DNA of 64,000 bases from Blastocladiella emersonii ATCC 22665 (GCA_025594325.1 JANHCV010000007.1:310001-374000); one strand, 5' to 3'. Counted from the stretch's first letter, positions 33,481-43,068 are shown. A program made the numbers and translations. Notes: generated by a model not told the origin, from the sequence alone.

Positions 33481-35775
33481 TCATTCATGCAGCGCCTCCA
33501 TAACCGCCTCGTAGCGCTCCATCATGTTATCATACGCATCCTGGGAGAACTTGAACGACGACAACGATTTGCTGTCACATGAGGCGAGCAGGGCACGCAC
33601 GCGCGTCTTGTACAGGTCGTCTGCTTGGTGCGCGGCCTCAAGCCAGGCAATCGTGTTGACGTGGTCTTGACGGCCCCCGACGCCTGTGATCTCGGGCCGC
33701 CTCGCCGGCACCCCGGCGGGCAGCCCCAGGTTGGCAAGGTCCTGCCCGTACTCTTTTGGAAGTGCCCAGTTTGACTCGTGGATGAGCACCATGGCCTTGG
33801 TCTCCTTGTCCTTGATGAAGACGGCGTCCGAGGTCACCGTCGCACAGGCAAACGCAAGGACATACCGGATGGTCCGCTCAATGTTGCGGTCGCGGACAAG
33901 CGCCATGGCCGTGCTTACGGACTTACACGCGCCTGGGTCAACAAGGCGCCGGAGCAGGAGCTGGCTGCAAGGTGCCTTTGTCTGGACCAACGTCTGGTTG
34001 ACGCACAGCGTGCTGTCCTCAAGCGTGCCGAGGAGTGGGAAGAGGAGGAGGAGCGGGTCGACCTTGAGCACGGTGCAAATGAACACGGCACTGTCACTGA
34101 CCAGGTTGATGTTGATCGCAATGCCCTTTTTGCGCAGAGCCTGCTTGGCCCAGGTCACGCAGTTCGCCCACCGCTTGCCCAGCTCGCACGAGAGCTTGAA
34201 GACAGCCGCCATGACCTGCAGCCGGCAGGCGTTGGTGGGCAGGGTCACGGCGCCGAGAGGCTTGTTGAGGTTGTCGGCGATCATCCCCACGACCATGAGA
34301 AGCTCAATGGCGCGCCTGGCGTGGACCAAGACGGCTGGCTGGCTGATGGACCAGGTACCCCACACCTTCCACGCCTCCGTATACACGTCCATAGTACACG
34401 GGCTGGCGAGGATCGCCTGCAGCGTGCCAAACGTCTTGGAGGTGAGCTTCTCCTTGATGGTGGACATGAGGTCGGGGTCCTGCATCATGGCGTCAAGCGC
34501 GCAGAACACCTCGGTGACGTGTAGAAAGTGCACGGGCTTCTTGAGCGCTGCCTTGGCCGCGAGGCCAAACGTGCGCGGGAAGGCGGCCGCAAACTTGGAG
34601 CAAGCGGTTTTGCGGGCCGACTTGAGGATGTTGCAGGCTTCCTTGAGGCGGCGCTGCTGGGAGGGGCAAAGCTTCCGCTTGCCGTTGAGCTCCTCGACCG
34701 TGGCACGGGCGGACCGGATCTCGGCGAGGACTGTCTCGAGGTCAGGGCCGTGGGCCTCCTCCTCGTCATTGGAACCGCCAGCGTCACTGTCCTCAAAACC
34801 GCCGGCCTCCTCCTCGTCCTCATCCTCCTCCTCGCCCTCAGGAACGCCGGCGTCAATGGCGGGCAGAGAAGCCGGCGCGGACCGGTTGTCAGCGATCTCG
34901 TCGGCCTCGTCCTTTTTGGCGTTGCTGAGGTCGTCAGCGGCAGCGGCAAACTCCTCGTTGGTCATGGCGGGACAAGCGGGCGCGGGTACGGGCACGGCGG
35001 CGGGTGCGGAGGACGAGGGAAAAGGCGCAGCGACGGGCGACGACATGGCGGCGGGCTCGGGCCGCGCAGGAGGGGACACAGGGACGGGCAGAAGAGGTGG
35101 GGGTGGTGCGGTACTGGCGACCATGTTGGGCGGCGACGACGAGGCGATTGAGGGAAGGAAGGGCGGTCTTGGAAGGAAGGCGAGCGGCGGCGCGGCGAGC
35201 GCATCGGGCGCAGGTGTCGTTGGCGGCGGCGTGGCCAGCGACTCGGTGCAATCGTTGGCGGTTGGCGGTACAATTGGGTTTGCTGTCATCTCGAGGGCCG
35301 AAGAGGCCGAGGGACGTGTTCCCGACGCGGATTGGTCGGTGAACTGCAGAGCGGCGACAAGCGTAGGTTTGGCGGATGCCCCAACTCGCGGTGCCACAGA
35401 AATAAGCGTTGATGCAGCCATGGCAGTTTGAGCTGAAGGCGGGGCGTGCGCGGAAAGCTCTGTAAGTTTAGCGAGAGCGCCTTCTGCTCGGGAGAGGTCA
35501 ACGGCGGCTGCACAGATGGGGCCGGCGACAAACGAGAAACCAGGTGCGCAGCGCAGCGCCAGGGCCGTGAGCATAAGCTTTAAGCGCATATTCAGGACAT
35601 TGCATAAGGCGCCTTTTTGGGCAGTGGATGCTCCATCGGGGTCGGTAGTCGGAAGTGTCCCCGCGGCCTCAAAGTGGGCGAAAGAGGCAGCCGCGCGGCG
35701 CAGGTCGTTGGGCGCGGGACGGGTCTCTCCGGGTTCCATAAACGCATTGCAGGAAGTCTCCATGGCTGAGTTCAT
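33481..35775 (-). CDS. hypothetical 764-aa protein (Pro/Ala-rich and acidic N-terminal half, globular-looking C-terminal half)
   Basis: Long intronless ORF with GC3-rich codons; no family recognised. Confidence 0.65.
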   Translation of the reverse strand: MNSAMETSCNAFMEPGETRPAPNDLRRAAASFAHFEAAGTLPTTDPDGASTAQKGALCNVLNMRLKLMLTALALRCAPGFSFVAGPICAAAVDLSRAEGALAKLTELSAHAPPSAQTAMAASTLISVAPRVGASAKPTLVAALQFTDQSASGTRPSASSALEMTANPIVPPTANDCTESLATPPPTTPAPDALAAPPLAFLPRPPFLPSIASSSPPNMVASTAPPPPLLPVPVSPPARPEPAAMSSPVAAPFPSSSAPAAVPVPAPACPAMTNEEFAAAADDLSNAKKDEADEIADNRSAPASLPAIDAGVPEGEEEDEDEEEAGGFEDSDAGGSNDEEEAHGPDLETVLAEIRSARATVEELNGKRKLCPSQQRRLKEACNILKSARKTACSKFAAAFPRTFGLAAKAALKKPVHFLHVTEVFCALDAMMQDPDLMSTIKEKLTSKTFGTLQAILASPCTMDVYTEAWKVWGTWSISQPAVLVHARRAIELLMVVGMIADNLNKPLGAVTLPTNACRLQVMAAVFKLSCELGKRWANCVTWAKQALRKKGIAININLVSDSAVFICTVLKVDPLLLLFPLLGTLEDSTLCVNQTLVQTKAPCSQLLLRRLVDPGACKSVSTAMALVRDRNIERTIRYVLAFACATVTSDAVFIKDKETKAMVLIHESNWALPKEYGQDLANLGLPAGVPARRPEITGVGGRQDHVNTIAWLEAAHQADDLYKTRVRALLASCDSKSLSSFKFSQDAYDNMMERYEAVMEALHE

Positions 35776-36378
35776 CGCATAGTTGGTGGACTCGCAAGCG
35801 AGGGGAGACAGAGTGCTAGCGCGGCGAGCCGGTCGAGTGACTCCGCCACATCCGAGGCGTCACGTGATGTCTCGCGGCGATTTTCGAGACGCGTCGCATC
35901 CGCCGGTGCAAAGCGACTGCGCAGCCATCACTTGAATCGACGCAAATTTGATTCGCCTTACACCAGAAGCACGACTTGTTCGTGACGGAGCTCGCTATGA
36001 TGCAGCTGGGGTACGCGTGGGGGAAGCGTGATGTGTCAAGAGCCGCTCAGGACCAAGCTTTGCTACACCCACATTTTAAACGTCATCAGCGAGAGCCCCG
36101 AAAGCGCGTCGCGGGAGGTGATTCGTCTTACGGGTGCGTCTTGGGAACAACGAGCCAATGGGGTACCGTATTCCGCAACTTACAAGAGAAACGCGTCCGA
36201 ACAAGGGTCATCCCACAGCGGATAAGCAATGTGGGATTTTGATCGGGTGAGTCGCCGGCGGGCACACGTGGGCCAGCGAGCACGCGCGAGCGCGCCACCT
36301 CTCGCCGTCCGCTGTCCCGCCCGCTGCGATCCTTTCTCCCGCACACGAGAGTGAATGATTTGGTAGAACGACGATGAA

Positions 36379-36780
36379 ATGGCTGATCACGGTATAGACT
36401 TCTCGTGTGACATTATTGACTACCCGAACAACTTCCACGAGAAGTGTCAGCGCTGCCGCAAGGACCTGTGCGAGGAGCACGCCGACCCGTGCCACTCGTG
36501 CGGGCACCCTGATGACGTGAAGCCCGCACCAGGCGCTGAAGCCCGCCCGCCCGCGCAGCAGCGCACGCGTCGCCCGGCGGCGGCGGCCGCGGCTGCGGCG
36601 CCGCCGCCTGGCACCAGCGAGCACCGCCACTCGAAGCGGATCGCTGCGAACCGCGCCGCCGCTGCTGCTTCCGCTGCCTCTGCGGCCGCGGCCGCCGCCG
36701 CATCTTCCCCGCCTTCCGAGGGTGCCGCCGCCGCGCCAGCAAGGCCGGGGTGCGAGCGCGCACTGCGGCGGACGCCGTGA
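36379..36780 (+). CDS. cargo ORF with an N-terminal Cys/His cluster and Ala-rich tail
   Basis: CQRCRKDLCEEHADPCHSCGH suggests zinc binding; GC3-rich codons; follows a putative 5'-UTR intron at 36247-36366. Confidence 0.5.
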   Translation: MADHGIDFSCDIIDYPNNFHEKCQRCRKDLCEEHADPCHSCGHPDDVKPAPGAEARPPAQQRTRRPAAAAAAAAPPPGTSEHRHSKRIAANRAAAAASAASAAAAAAASSPPSEGAAAAPARPGCERALRRTP

Positions 36781-37187
36781 TGGTGCGGCAGCGGCGTGGC
36801 CGCGCCGTCGTAGCCGTAGCCGGGTTGCTGAGGCAGCGGCGCCGCCGGCGTGGCCGAGGCAGAAACGGTGCCGTCGTGCGAGCGCCAAGAACGACGGGGA
36901 GCGGTGGCAGGGGCGGCGGGCACGAACGCGTTCGCTGGCGTGGCCGGCCACGATTGCGCGTACCGTTGTGGTGGCGGGTGACGGTGTTGGGGTGGATGCG
37001 ACCAGTGCGGTGGGTATGGAGGGTTTGGCGGGTGGTGGCGATAGGAGGAAGCGACATCGACAGCGACGCGGTCGAGGTGTTGGGGCGGGGGATGATGACT
37101 CGTGCCGCCGTCCCAGTCCGTCAGGGAGCGCAGGAAGCGGTCGGCGGGGTGCGAGTCGTAGTCGTAGCCGCCGCGGACGTTGAACAT
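36447..37187 (-). CDS. cargo ORF, Pro/His/Ala-rich, convergent with and overlapping the + strand cargo ORF
   Basis: First in-frame ATG at 37187 within ORF 36447-37346. The 5' half has plausible codon usage; the 3' part may be antisense shadow of the other ORF. Confidence 0.35.
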   Translation of the reverse strand: MFNVRGGYDYDSHPADRFLRSLTDWDGGTSHHPPPQHLDRVAVDVASSYRHHPPNPPYPPHWSHPPQHRHPPPQRYAQSWPATPANAFVPAAPATAPRRSWRSHDGTVSASATPAAPLPQQPGYGYDGAATPLPHHHGVRRSARSHPGLAGAAAAPSEGGEDAAAAAAAEAAEAAAAARFAAIRFEWRCSLVPGGGAAAAAAAAGRRVRCCAGGRASAPGAGFTSSGCPHEWHGSACSSHRSLRQR

Positions 37188-37777
37188 GGTGTAGAGTTGT
37201 GCGGGTTCAGGGCTTGGGCGAGGCAGTGGTGCCGCGGGTTGTGGGCGCGGGGGCTCAGGCACTTTATAGGCGAGGGGCGTCGCCGCAAGCGGTCGCTGGA
37301 GGCCCGGAGACAGGCTCTCCGAAGGAAATGCATTGGCTTCTAACATGGAGAAGGTTTATTCGAGGAAGAAGGGGAGGAGAGACAAAATGGGACGGCGGAC
37401 GGCGAGAGGTGGCGCGCTCGCGCGTGCTCGCTGGCCCACGTGTGCCCGCCGGCGACTCACCCGATCAAAATCCCACATTGCTTATCCGCTGTGGGGTGAC
37501 CCTTGTTCGGACGCGTTTCTCTTGTAAGTTGCGGAATACGGTACACGCTCGCGAACTGCAACGCCTCGCACGCCTTGAGCGTGGCTCTGCACATGATTGA
37601 CTTGTGTCCGCCGCGTACCCAGAAGAAAAAGCGGTGAGCGTCACGTATGACCTGCTCGTCATCGAGGCGTACGGAGGAAATTCGAGCAGCCGACGCATAA
37701 AAAGGCAAACGGGTCGCGGGTCGTCCAGCAGCAGCCCAAGCCAATGGCCATCCTCATCCATCCCTGAGCTCACGCGC

Positions 37778-37951
37778 TGTCACGGTTCAGTGATCCAACG
37801 GCTCGGGCTGGTGGCGCAGGCTGGTGGCGCAGTCCCTCATAAGCCGAGCGTTGCCCTCGCTCTCCCTCTCTCTTGTCATTCGTGATACAATCCTTCATTA
37901 TCCGGCTAGTCATTCCTCGTGGCACAAGACCCTCCCCCTCGGCACCTTACA
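37778..37951 (+). repeat. 5' LTR
   Basis: Identical by eye to 42895-43068; contains a 13-bp tandem duplication GGCTGGTGGCGCA. Confidence 0.97.
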
Positions 37952-38005
37952 CTTTGTATCACCGTAAAACCCCCTCCGAGCGGTGATTTCTTCCACGACG
38001 GCAAA

Positions 38006-39082
38006 ATGATAACGCCGGCACAGTTCCTCAAAAAGCTGGCGACGTTTGACGTTGCGGCCATTGTCCCCGAGTACCAGCTCGCGCCGTGGCGCGACCTGGT
38101 CATGCCGTACGAGGACAAAGCCAAGCTCGTCTTCCTCGCGCTCAACGTCGCCAGCGACTACTGGCAACTGGGCGTGTCGACCGAGGCCCGCGCGGTCGCG
38201 GCCGAGCGGCGCGCCGAGACGGCGGAGCGCCGCGCGTATGCGCTCGAGGTCGAGCTGCGGCAGACGCAGCAGAGCCAGCCGCTCAACGGTATCCTGCAGG
38301 GCGAGCTCGACAGCATCCAGGTCAGCAGCGCGCGCGGGCCGGGCGTGGGCGTTGATGGCTTCACGCCGGCCGTGATGCACGCGCTGATGCGCATGAATTC
38401 GGTTGACGGCGTCAACTTCAAGGTCAAGAGCGCCATCACGCAGTACGAGAGCATCCTCCAGCTCACGTTCAACGTCCCGGAGAAGTTCAAGATTGCGCAC
38501 TTCCACGGCAAGCTGACGGGCAAGGTGCTTGAGGCCGTGGAGCTGGCGATGGCCGGGTCCAAGTTTGAGGACTACGGCTCGTTCAACGCCTACATCTCCC
38601 TCGTCAAGTCAACGCAGCCGGCCGAGAAGTCGGAGACCGAGTACGCGCACGAGCTCAAGAACCTCAAGTACGTGCGCGGCGCCATGCCGGCGCGCGATTT
38701 CGTCTCCAAGTTCCGCCAGACCGCGTCCGGTGCAGGCTACCGCGCGCTCAGCGAGCTGGCGATGCAGTTCTACCTGGTGGTCACGGCCGGCAACTCGCCG
38801 CTGGCCGCGGACGTGGCCTTCGCCTCGCTGCGCAAGGGCTACCGTTTCGACAAGATGGTCGAGCACTTCCTGGTGCACGAGGGCGGGGCGACGGGCGTCG
38901 CGGCCGAGCTCGTCCCGGACCCGGACGCCATGGACGTTGGCGCGATTCGGCAGCGGGCGGCGGCGCACCAGGGCCGCGCCCTCACCGACATCAAGTGCTA
39001 CAACTGCAAGGGCTACGGCCACAAGGCGGCTGATTGCCCGTCGCCCCCGCGCTCGTCGTCGGGAAACGCCAGTCGGGCGTAG
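38006..39082 (+). CDS. gag: Gag
   Basis: First ATG after the PBS; CCHC knuckle CYNCKGYGHKAADC near the end. Confidence 0.9.
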   Translation: MITPAQFLKKLATFDVAAIVPEYQLAPWRDLVMPYEDKAKLVFLALNVASDYWQLGVSTEARAVAAERRAETAERRAYALEVELRQTQQSQPLNGILQGELDSIQVSSARGPGVGVDGFTPAVMHALMRMNSVDGVNFKVKSAITQYESILQLTFNVPEKFKIAHFHGKLTGKVLEAVELAMAGSKFEDYGSFNAYISLVKSTQPAEKSETEYAHELKNLKYVRGAMPARDFVSKFRQTASGAGYRALSELAMQFYLVVTAGNSPLAADVAFASLRKGYRFDKMVEHFLVHEGGATGVAAELVPDPDAMDVGAIRQRAAAHQGRALTDIKCYNCKGYGHKAADCPSPPRSSSGNASRA

Positions 39083-42000
39083 CGGAGCAGGCCGCGACGT
39101 CCTCGAAGCCAAAACCTGCGGATTTGGGTGGTACAACGGCGGTGGCCACGGCGGCCGCCGCCGCGGATAAGATGTCGGTGCCCGCCGACAAGAAGAAAAA
39201 AATGAACAAAAAGAAGAAACAAAACATGAATGATAAGAAGACTAATGGAAAATCTGTTGCTGCGTACTTTGGTGCACTTGTGCGTCTAGAGATGGCGCAG
39301 GACCACCTGCACCTCGGCGGGCTCCTCGCGCATCCAGGGCTCCGCACGGCGCCGATCCCGACGTTCATGATGCTCGACACGGGCGCGCCGGTTAACCTGA
39401 TCAGCCGCAGGGTGGCCGAGCAGGCCGGGCTCGTGCCGAAGCGCCTAGCGCGTCGCATCGACCTCCGCGGTGTCGTCGGTTCCGCGCCGGGCCAGCGCCA
39501 GTACATCTCGCATTACGTGCACGCGGCCGTGTCCGTCACGTCGCCCGAGTTCCTGCACGCGGCGGTCGCGGGATCCCAAACCGTGTTCGCGGACGGCGTC
39601 GTGCCTCCCGGCGACGCGTCCAAGCAGAAGCGCGTGGTGGGAGACGCGGGTCGCGCCATCGACATTCCGTGCCTTCATTGCTCGGTCGCGCGCTTCCTCG
39701 TCGTCGACTCTCCCGCGTTTCCGGTGATCATGGGACTCGAATGGATGGTCGCGAACGGCGCGAAGCCGGATCCGCGCTCGGCCACGGTCGCGATTGACGG
39801 CGCGTGCACTGGTCGCTGCGGGTGCCCGCCCGCCCAGCGCGTCACGGTGGCCACGGTCGCACCGCGCGTCGACCTCGACCCGCTCGCGTGGGACGAGGCA
39901 CACGGCCCGCCCGAGGCGCCAGATGACGCGGCGCCGAAGCGCGTGCTGCCCGCCAAGTACCTCAAGTGGGCGCACGTCTTCGATGCCGCCGCGGCGTCCG
40001 CGCTCCCGCCGCACCGACCGTACGACTGCGAGATCGAGCTCGTCGAGGGCGCCAAGGTGCCGTTCCTGCCCGTCTACGCCCTGTCGCAGCCCGAACTCGA
40101 GGAGCTGCGCAAGACCATCGACGAGAACCTCGCGCGCGGCTTCATCCGCCCATCGCGGTCGCCAGCCGGCGCGCCGATCATGTTCGTGCCCAAGAAGGAC
40201 GGGTCGCGCCGCATGTGTGTGGACTACCGCCGCCTCAACGCGCTGACGGTCAAGAACCGCTACGCGCTGCCGCTCATCGCGGAGCTCATGAACCAAGTGC
40301 AGGGCGCGCGCATCTTCACCAAGTTCGACCTGCGCGGCGCGTACAACCTGGTCCGCATCCGCGAGGGCGACGAGTGGAAGACGGCGTTCCGCACGCGCTA
40401 CGGACATTATGAATGGATGGTGATGCCGTTCGGGCTGACCAACGCGCCGGCCGCGTTCCAGGCGTTTGTCAACGACGTGTTCCGCGACCTGCTCGACCGC
40501 CGCGGCGTTCTCGTGTACCTGGACGACATCCTCATCTTCAGCGAGGACCCCGAAGAGCACACGGCGCTCGTCAAGGAGGTGCTGCAGCGGCTCGCCGACA
40601 ACAAGCTGTACGTCAAGCTCGAGAAGTGCGAATTCGACGTGACGCGCGTCGAGTACCTCGGCCACATCCTGACCACCGAGGGCGTCGAGATGGACCCGGC
40701 CAAGGTCCGCGCCGTGACCGAGTGGCCCGCGCCACGGACGGTCAAGGAGGTGCAGGCGTTCCTGGGCCTCGCCAACTATTACCGCCGCTTCATCCCCGAG
40801 TTCTCGGAACTGACCATCCCGCTCACCCGTCTTACGCAGAAGGACACGCCGTGGCGGTGGGGCGACACCGAGGCGGCGGCCTTTGCGGCCATCAAGACGC
40901 GGTTCGCGTCCGACCAGTTCCTCGCGCACCCCGACCCCTCAAAACAGTTCATTGTCGAGGCCGACGCGTCCAACTTCGCCATTGGGTGCGTCCTGTCGCA
41001 GGTCGACAACGAGGGCACGCTGCGGCCGGTCGCGTTCCACTCGCGCGCGCTCAAGGCGGCGGAGCTGAATTATCCCATCTTGGATAAGGAGCTGCTCGCC
41101 ATCAAGGTCGCGTTCGAGATCTGGCGCCACCACCTCGAGGGCGCGCAGCACCCGGTCGAGGTGTACACGGACCACAAGAACCTCGAGCACTTTCGCACCA
41201 TGACGGTCGAGTCGCAGCGGCACGCGCGGTGGGCACTGTTCCTCGAGCGGTTTTCGTTCCGGTTCACGTACCGGCCCGGCGCAATCAACGGGCGCGCCGA
41301 CGCGCTGTCGCGCCGCGCCGACTACGAGCTGTTTGACAACCCGATGCTCGGCCGCGCTGTCGTTCCCGCGTCGGCGCTCACGGTGGCCGCCACGGCCGCG
41401 GCCAGCGCGCCGCTCGTCGCGGGCACGCAGGGCGACGACGTGCTCGCCGCGATTCGGGACGGCCTGGCGGAGGACGAGCTCGCGCAGTCGATGCAGCGGA
41501 ACCCGGGCAAGCACCCGTCGCTCACCATGGACCTCGACGGCTTCGTTTGGCGAGACGACCGGCTGTACGTACCGTCGGGCGTCGCGCGCACCTGGGTGAT
41601 CGAGGAGGCGCACGCGACGCGTGTAGCCGGTCATTTCGGCGTCCAGCGCACCATCGAGAAGGTGTCGCGCTCGTACTGGTGGCCCGGGATGCGCAAGGTG
41701 ATCGAGCGGTTCGTCAAGTCGTGCCTCACCTGCGCGCGGGCCAAGGTGCCGCGCCACCGGCCTGACGGCGAGCTGCAGCCGCTGCCCACGCCGCCGCGGC
41801 CATGGTCGTCGATCTCCATGGACTTCATCACGGACCTGCCGCGCAGCAAGGGTCACACCTGCATCATGGTCGTCGTCGATCGGTTCTCCAAGATGACGCA
41901 CTTCATCCCGCTCGCCGCGCTCCCGACGGCCGCCACAACCGCCGACGCCTTCATCGAGCACGTGGTGCGGCCGCACGGGCTGCCCGACGACATCGTCTCG

Positions 42001-42894
42001 GACCGCGGGTCGCAGTTCACGTCGCGGTTCTGGTCGGCCATGTGCGAGTCGCTTGAGATCAAGGCCAAGCTCTCGACGGCGTACCACCCGCAGACCGACG
42101 GGCAGACCGAGCGCATGAACCAGACCCTCGAGGTGTACCTGCGCATGTTCGCCAACGAGGACCAGTCGAACTGGGCCGAGCTGCTGCGGTACGCCGAGAT
42201 GGCCATCAACAACACGGTCAACGAGTCAACGGGCATGTCGCCGTTCAAGGCCAACTACGCGTTTGACCCGCGGCTCTCGGCCGCGCCAGTTCGGTCGGAT
42301 CGGGTCCCGTCAGCCGCCGCGCTGGCCGAGCGCATTGCCGACGTCCAGGGCAAGCTGCGCGAGAAGGTCGAGCGCGCCAAGGAGCTGTACAAGAAGCACG
42401 CTGACCGCCGCCGCCGCGAGGGCCCCGACTACAAGGTCGGCGACATGGTGCTGCTGAGCACCAAGAACCTGCGCGTCAACGTGCCCAAGGCCAAGCTCGG
42501 GCCCAAGTACACGGAGCCGCTCAAGATCGTGCGCCTCATCCGGAAATCGGCCGTCGAGCTCGAGCTGCCGCCAACCATGGCGCGCGTCCATCCCGTGTTC
42601 CACGTCTCGCTCATCAAGCCGATCGACGAGCACGACGAGGAGGCGTTCCCGGGCCGCGCGCTGCCGCCGCCAACGCCGTACGCCGTCAACGGGCACGAGG
42701 AGTGGACGGTCGAGGCGATCCGCAACGCGCGCAAGGTCGGCCGCAGCGTCGAGTACCTGCTCAAGTGGCACGGCTGCCCCGAGGACGACAACACCTGGGA
42801 GCCGTACGCGAACCTCAAGCACCTCGAGCTGCTCGCCGAGTTCCACGCGCAGAACCCGTCAAAACCCGACCCGCGGAGGGGGAAGGGGAGATAG
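39034..42894 (+). CDS. pol: Pol (protease-RT-RNase H-integrase-chromodomain), in the -1 frame relative to gag
   Basis: LDTGA, YLDDILIFS, EADAS, HHCC zinc motif plus D-D-E integrase, and chromodomain EEWTVEAI...YLLKWHG...TWEP. Confidence 0.97.
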   Translation: MPVAPALVVGKRQSGVAEQAATSSKPKPADLGGTTAVATAAAAADKMSVPADKKKKMNKKKKQNMNDKKTNGKSVAAYFGALVRLEMAQDHLHLGGLLAHPGLRTAPIPTFMMLDTGAPVNLISRRVAEQAGLVPKRLARRIDLRGVVGSAPGQRQYISHYVHAAVSVTSPEFLHAAVAGSQTVFADGVVPPGDASKQKRVVGDAGRAIDIPCLHCSVARFLVVDSPAFPVIMGLEWMVANGAKPDPRSATVAIDGACTGRCGCPPAQRVTVATVAPRVDLDPLAWDEAHGPPEAPDDAAPKRVLPAKYLKWAHVFDAAAASALPPHRPYDCEIELVEGAKVPFLPVYALSQPELEELRKTIDENLARGFIRPSRSPAGAPIMFVPKKDGSRRMCVDYRRLNALTVKNRYALPLIAELMNQVQGARIFTKFDLRGAYNLVRIREGDEWKTAFRTRYGHYEWMVMPFGLTNAPAAFQAFVNDVFRDLLDRRGVLVYLDDILIFSEDPEEHTALVKEVLQRLADNKLYVKLEKCEFDVTRVEYLGHILTTEGVEMDPAKVRAVTEWPAPRTVKEVQAFLGLANYYRRFIPEFSELTIPLTRLTQKDTPWRWGDTEAAAFAAIKTRFASDQFLAHPDPSKQFIVEADASNFAIGCVLSQVDNEGTLRPVAFHSRALKAAELNYPILDKELLAIKVAFEIWRHHLEGAQHPVEVYTDHKNLEHFRTMTVESQRHARWALFLERFSFRFTYRPGAINGRADALSRRADYELFDNPMLGRAVVPASALTVAATAAASAPLVAGTQGDDVLAAIRDGLAEDELAQSMQRNPGKHPSLTMDLDGFVWRDDRLYVPSGVARTWVIEEAHATRVAGHFGVQRTIEKVSRSYWWPGMRKVIERFVKSCLTCARAKVPRHRPDGELQPLPTPPRPWSSISMDFITDLPRSKGHTCIMVVVDRFSKMTHFIPLAALPTAATTADAFIEHVVRPHGLPDDIVSDRGSQFTSRFWSAMCESLEIKAKLSTAYHPQTDGQTERMNQTLEVYLRMFANEDQSNWAELLRYAEMAINNTVNESTGMSPFKANYAFDPRLSAAPVRSDRVPSAAALAERIADVQGKLREKVERAKELYKKHADRRRREGPDYKVGDMVLLSTKNLRVNVPKAKLGPKYTEPLKIVRLIRKSAVELELPPTMARVHPVFHVSLIKPIDEHDEEAFPGRALPPPTPYAVNGHEEWTVEAIRNARKVGRSVEYLLKWHGCPEDDNTWEPYANLKHLELLAEFHAQNPSKPDPRRGKGR

Positions 42895-43068
42895 TGTCAC
42901 GGTTCAGTGATCCAACGGCTCGGGCTGGTGGCGCAGGCTGGTGGCGCAGTCCCTCATAAGCCGAGCGTTGCCCTCGCTCTCCCTCTCTCTTGTCATTCGT
43001 GATACAATCCTTCATTATCCGGCTAGTCATTCCTCGTGGCACAAGACCCTCCCCCTCGGCACCTTACA
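42895..43068 (+). repeat. 3' LTR
   Basis: Begins immediately after the pol TAG. Confidence 0.97.

Larger units (their letters stand above)
36166..37541. mobile_element. non-autonomous Tc1/mariner-superfamily (pogo/Tc2-like) TIR element with cargo ORFs
   Basis: 153-bp TIRs at 36166-36318 and 37389-37541 (2 mismatches seen), starting CCGTATTCC. TA at 36164-36165 and 37542-37543. No DDE transposase inside. Confidence 0.85.
37778..43068 (+). mobile_element. intact Ty3/Gypsy chromovirus LTR retrotransposon
   Basis: TG...CA LTRs at 37778-37951 and 42895-43068 (174 bp, no differences seen). 5-bp TSD CGCGC at 37773-37777 and 43069-43073. PPT at ~42872-42894. Encodes gag and pol. Confidence 0.97.

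Noticed and set aside
36166-37541. Autonomous transposon or Mutator element
   Set aside because: No DDE domain inside, and a TA rather than a 9-bp duplication flanks the TIRs.
37952-37975. tRNA primer-binding site
   Set aside because: No TGG start complementary to a tRNA CCA end; complementarity to the LTR explains it better.
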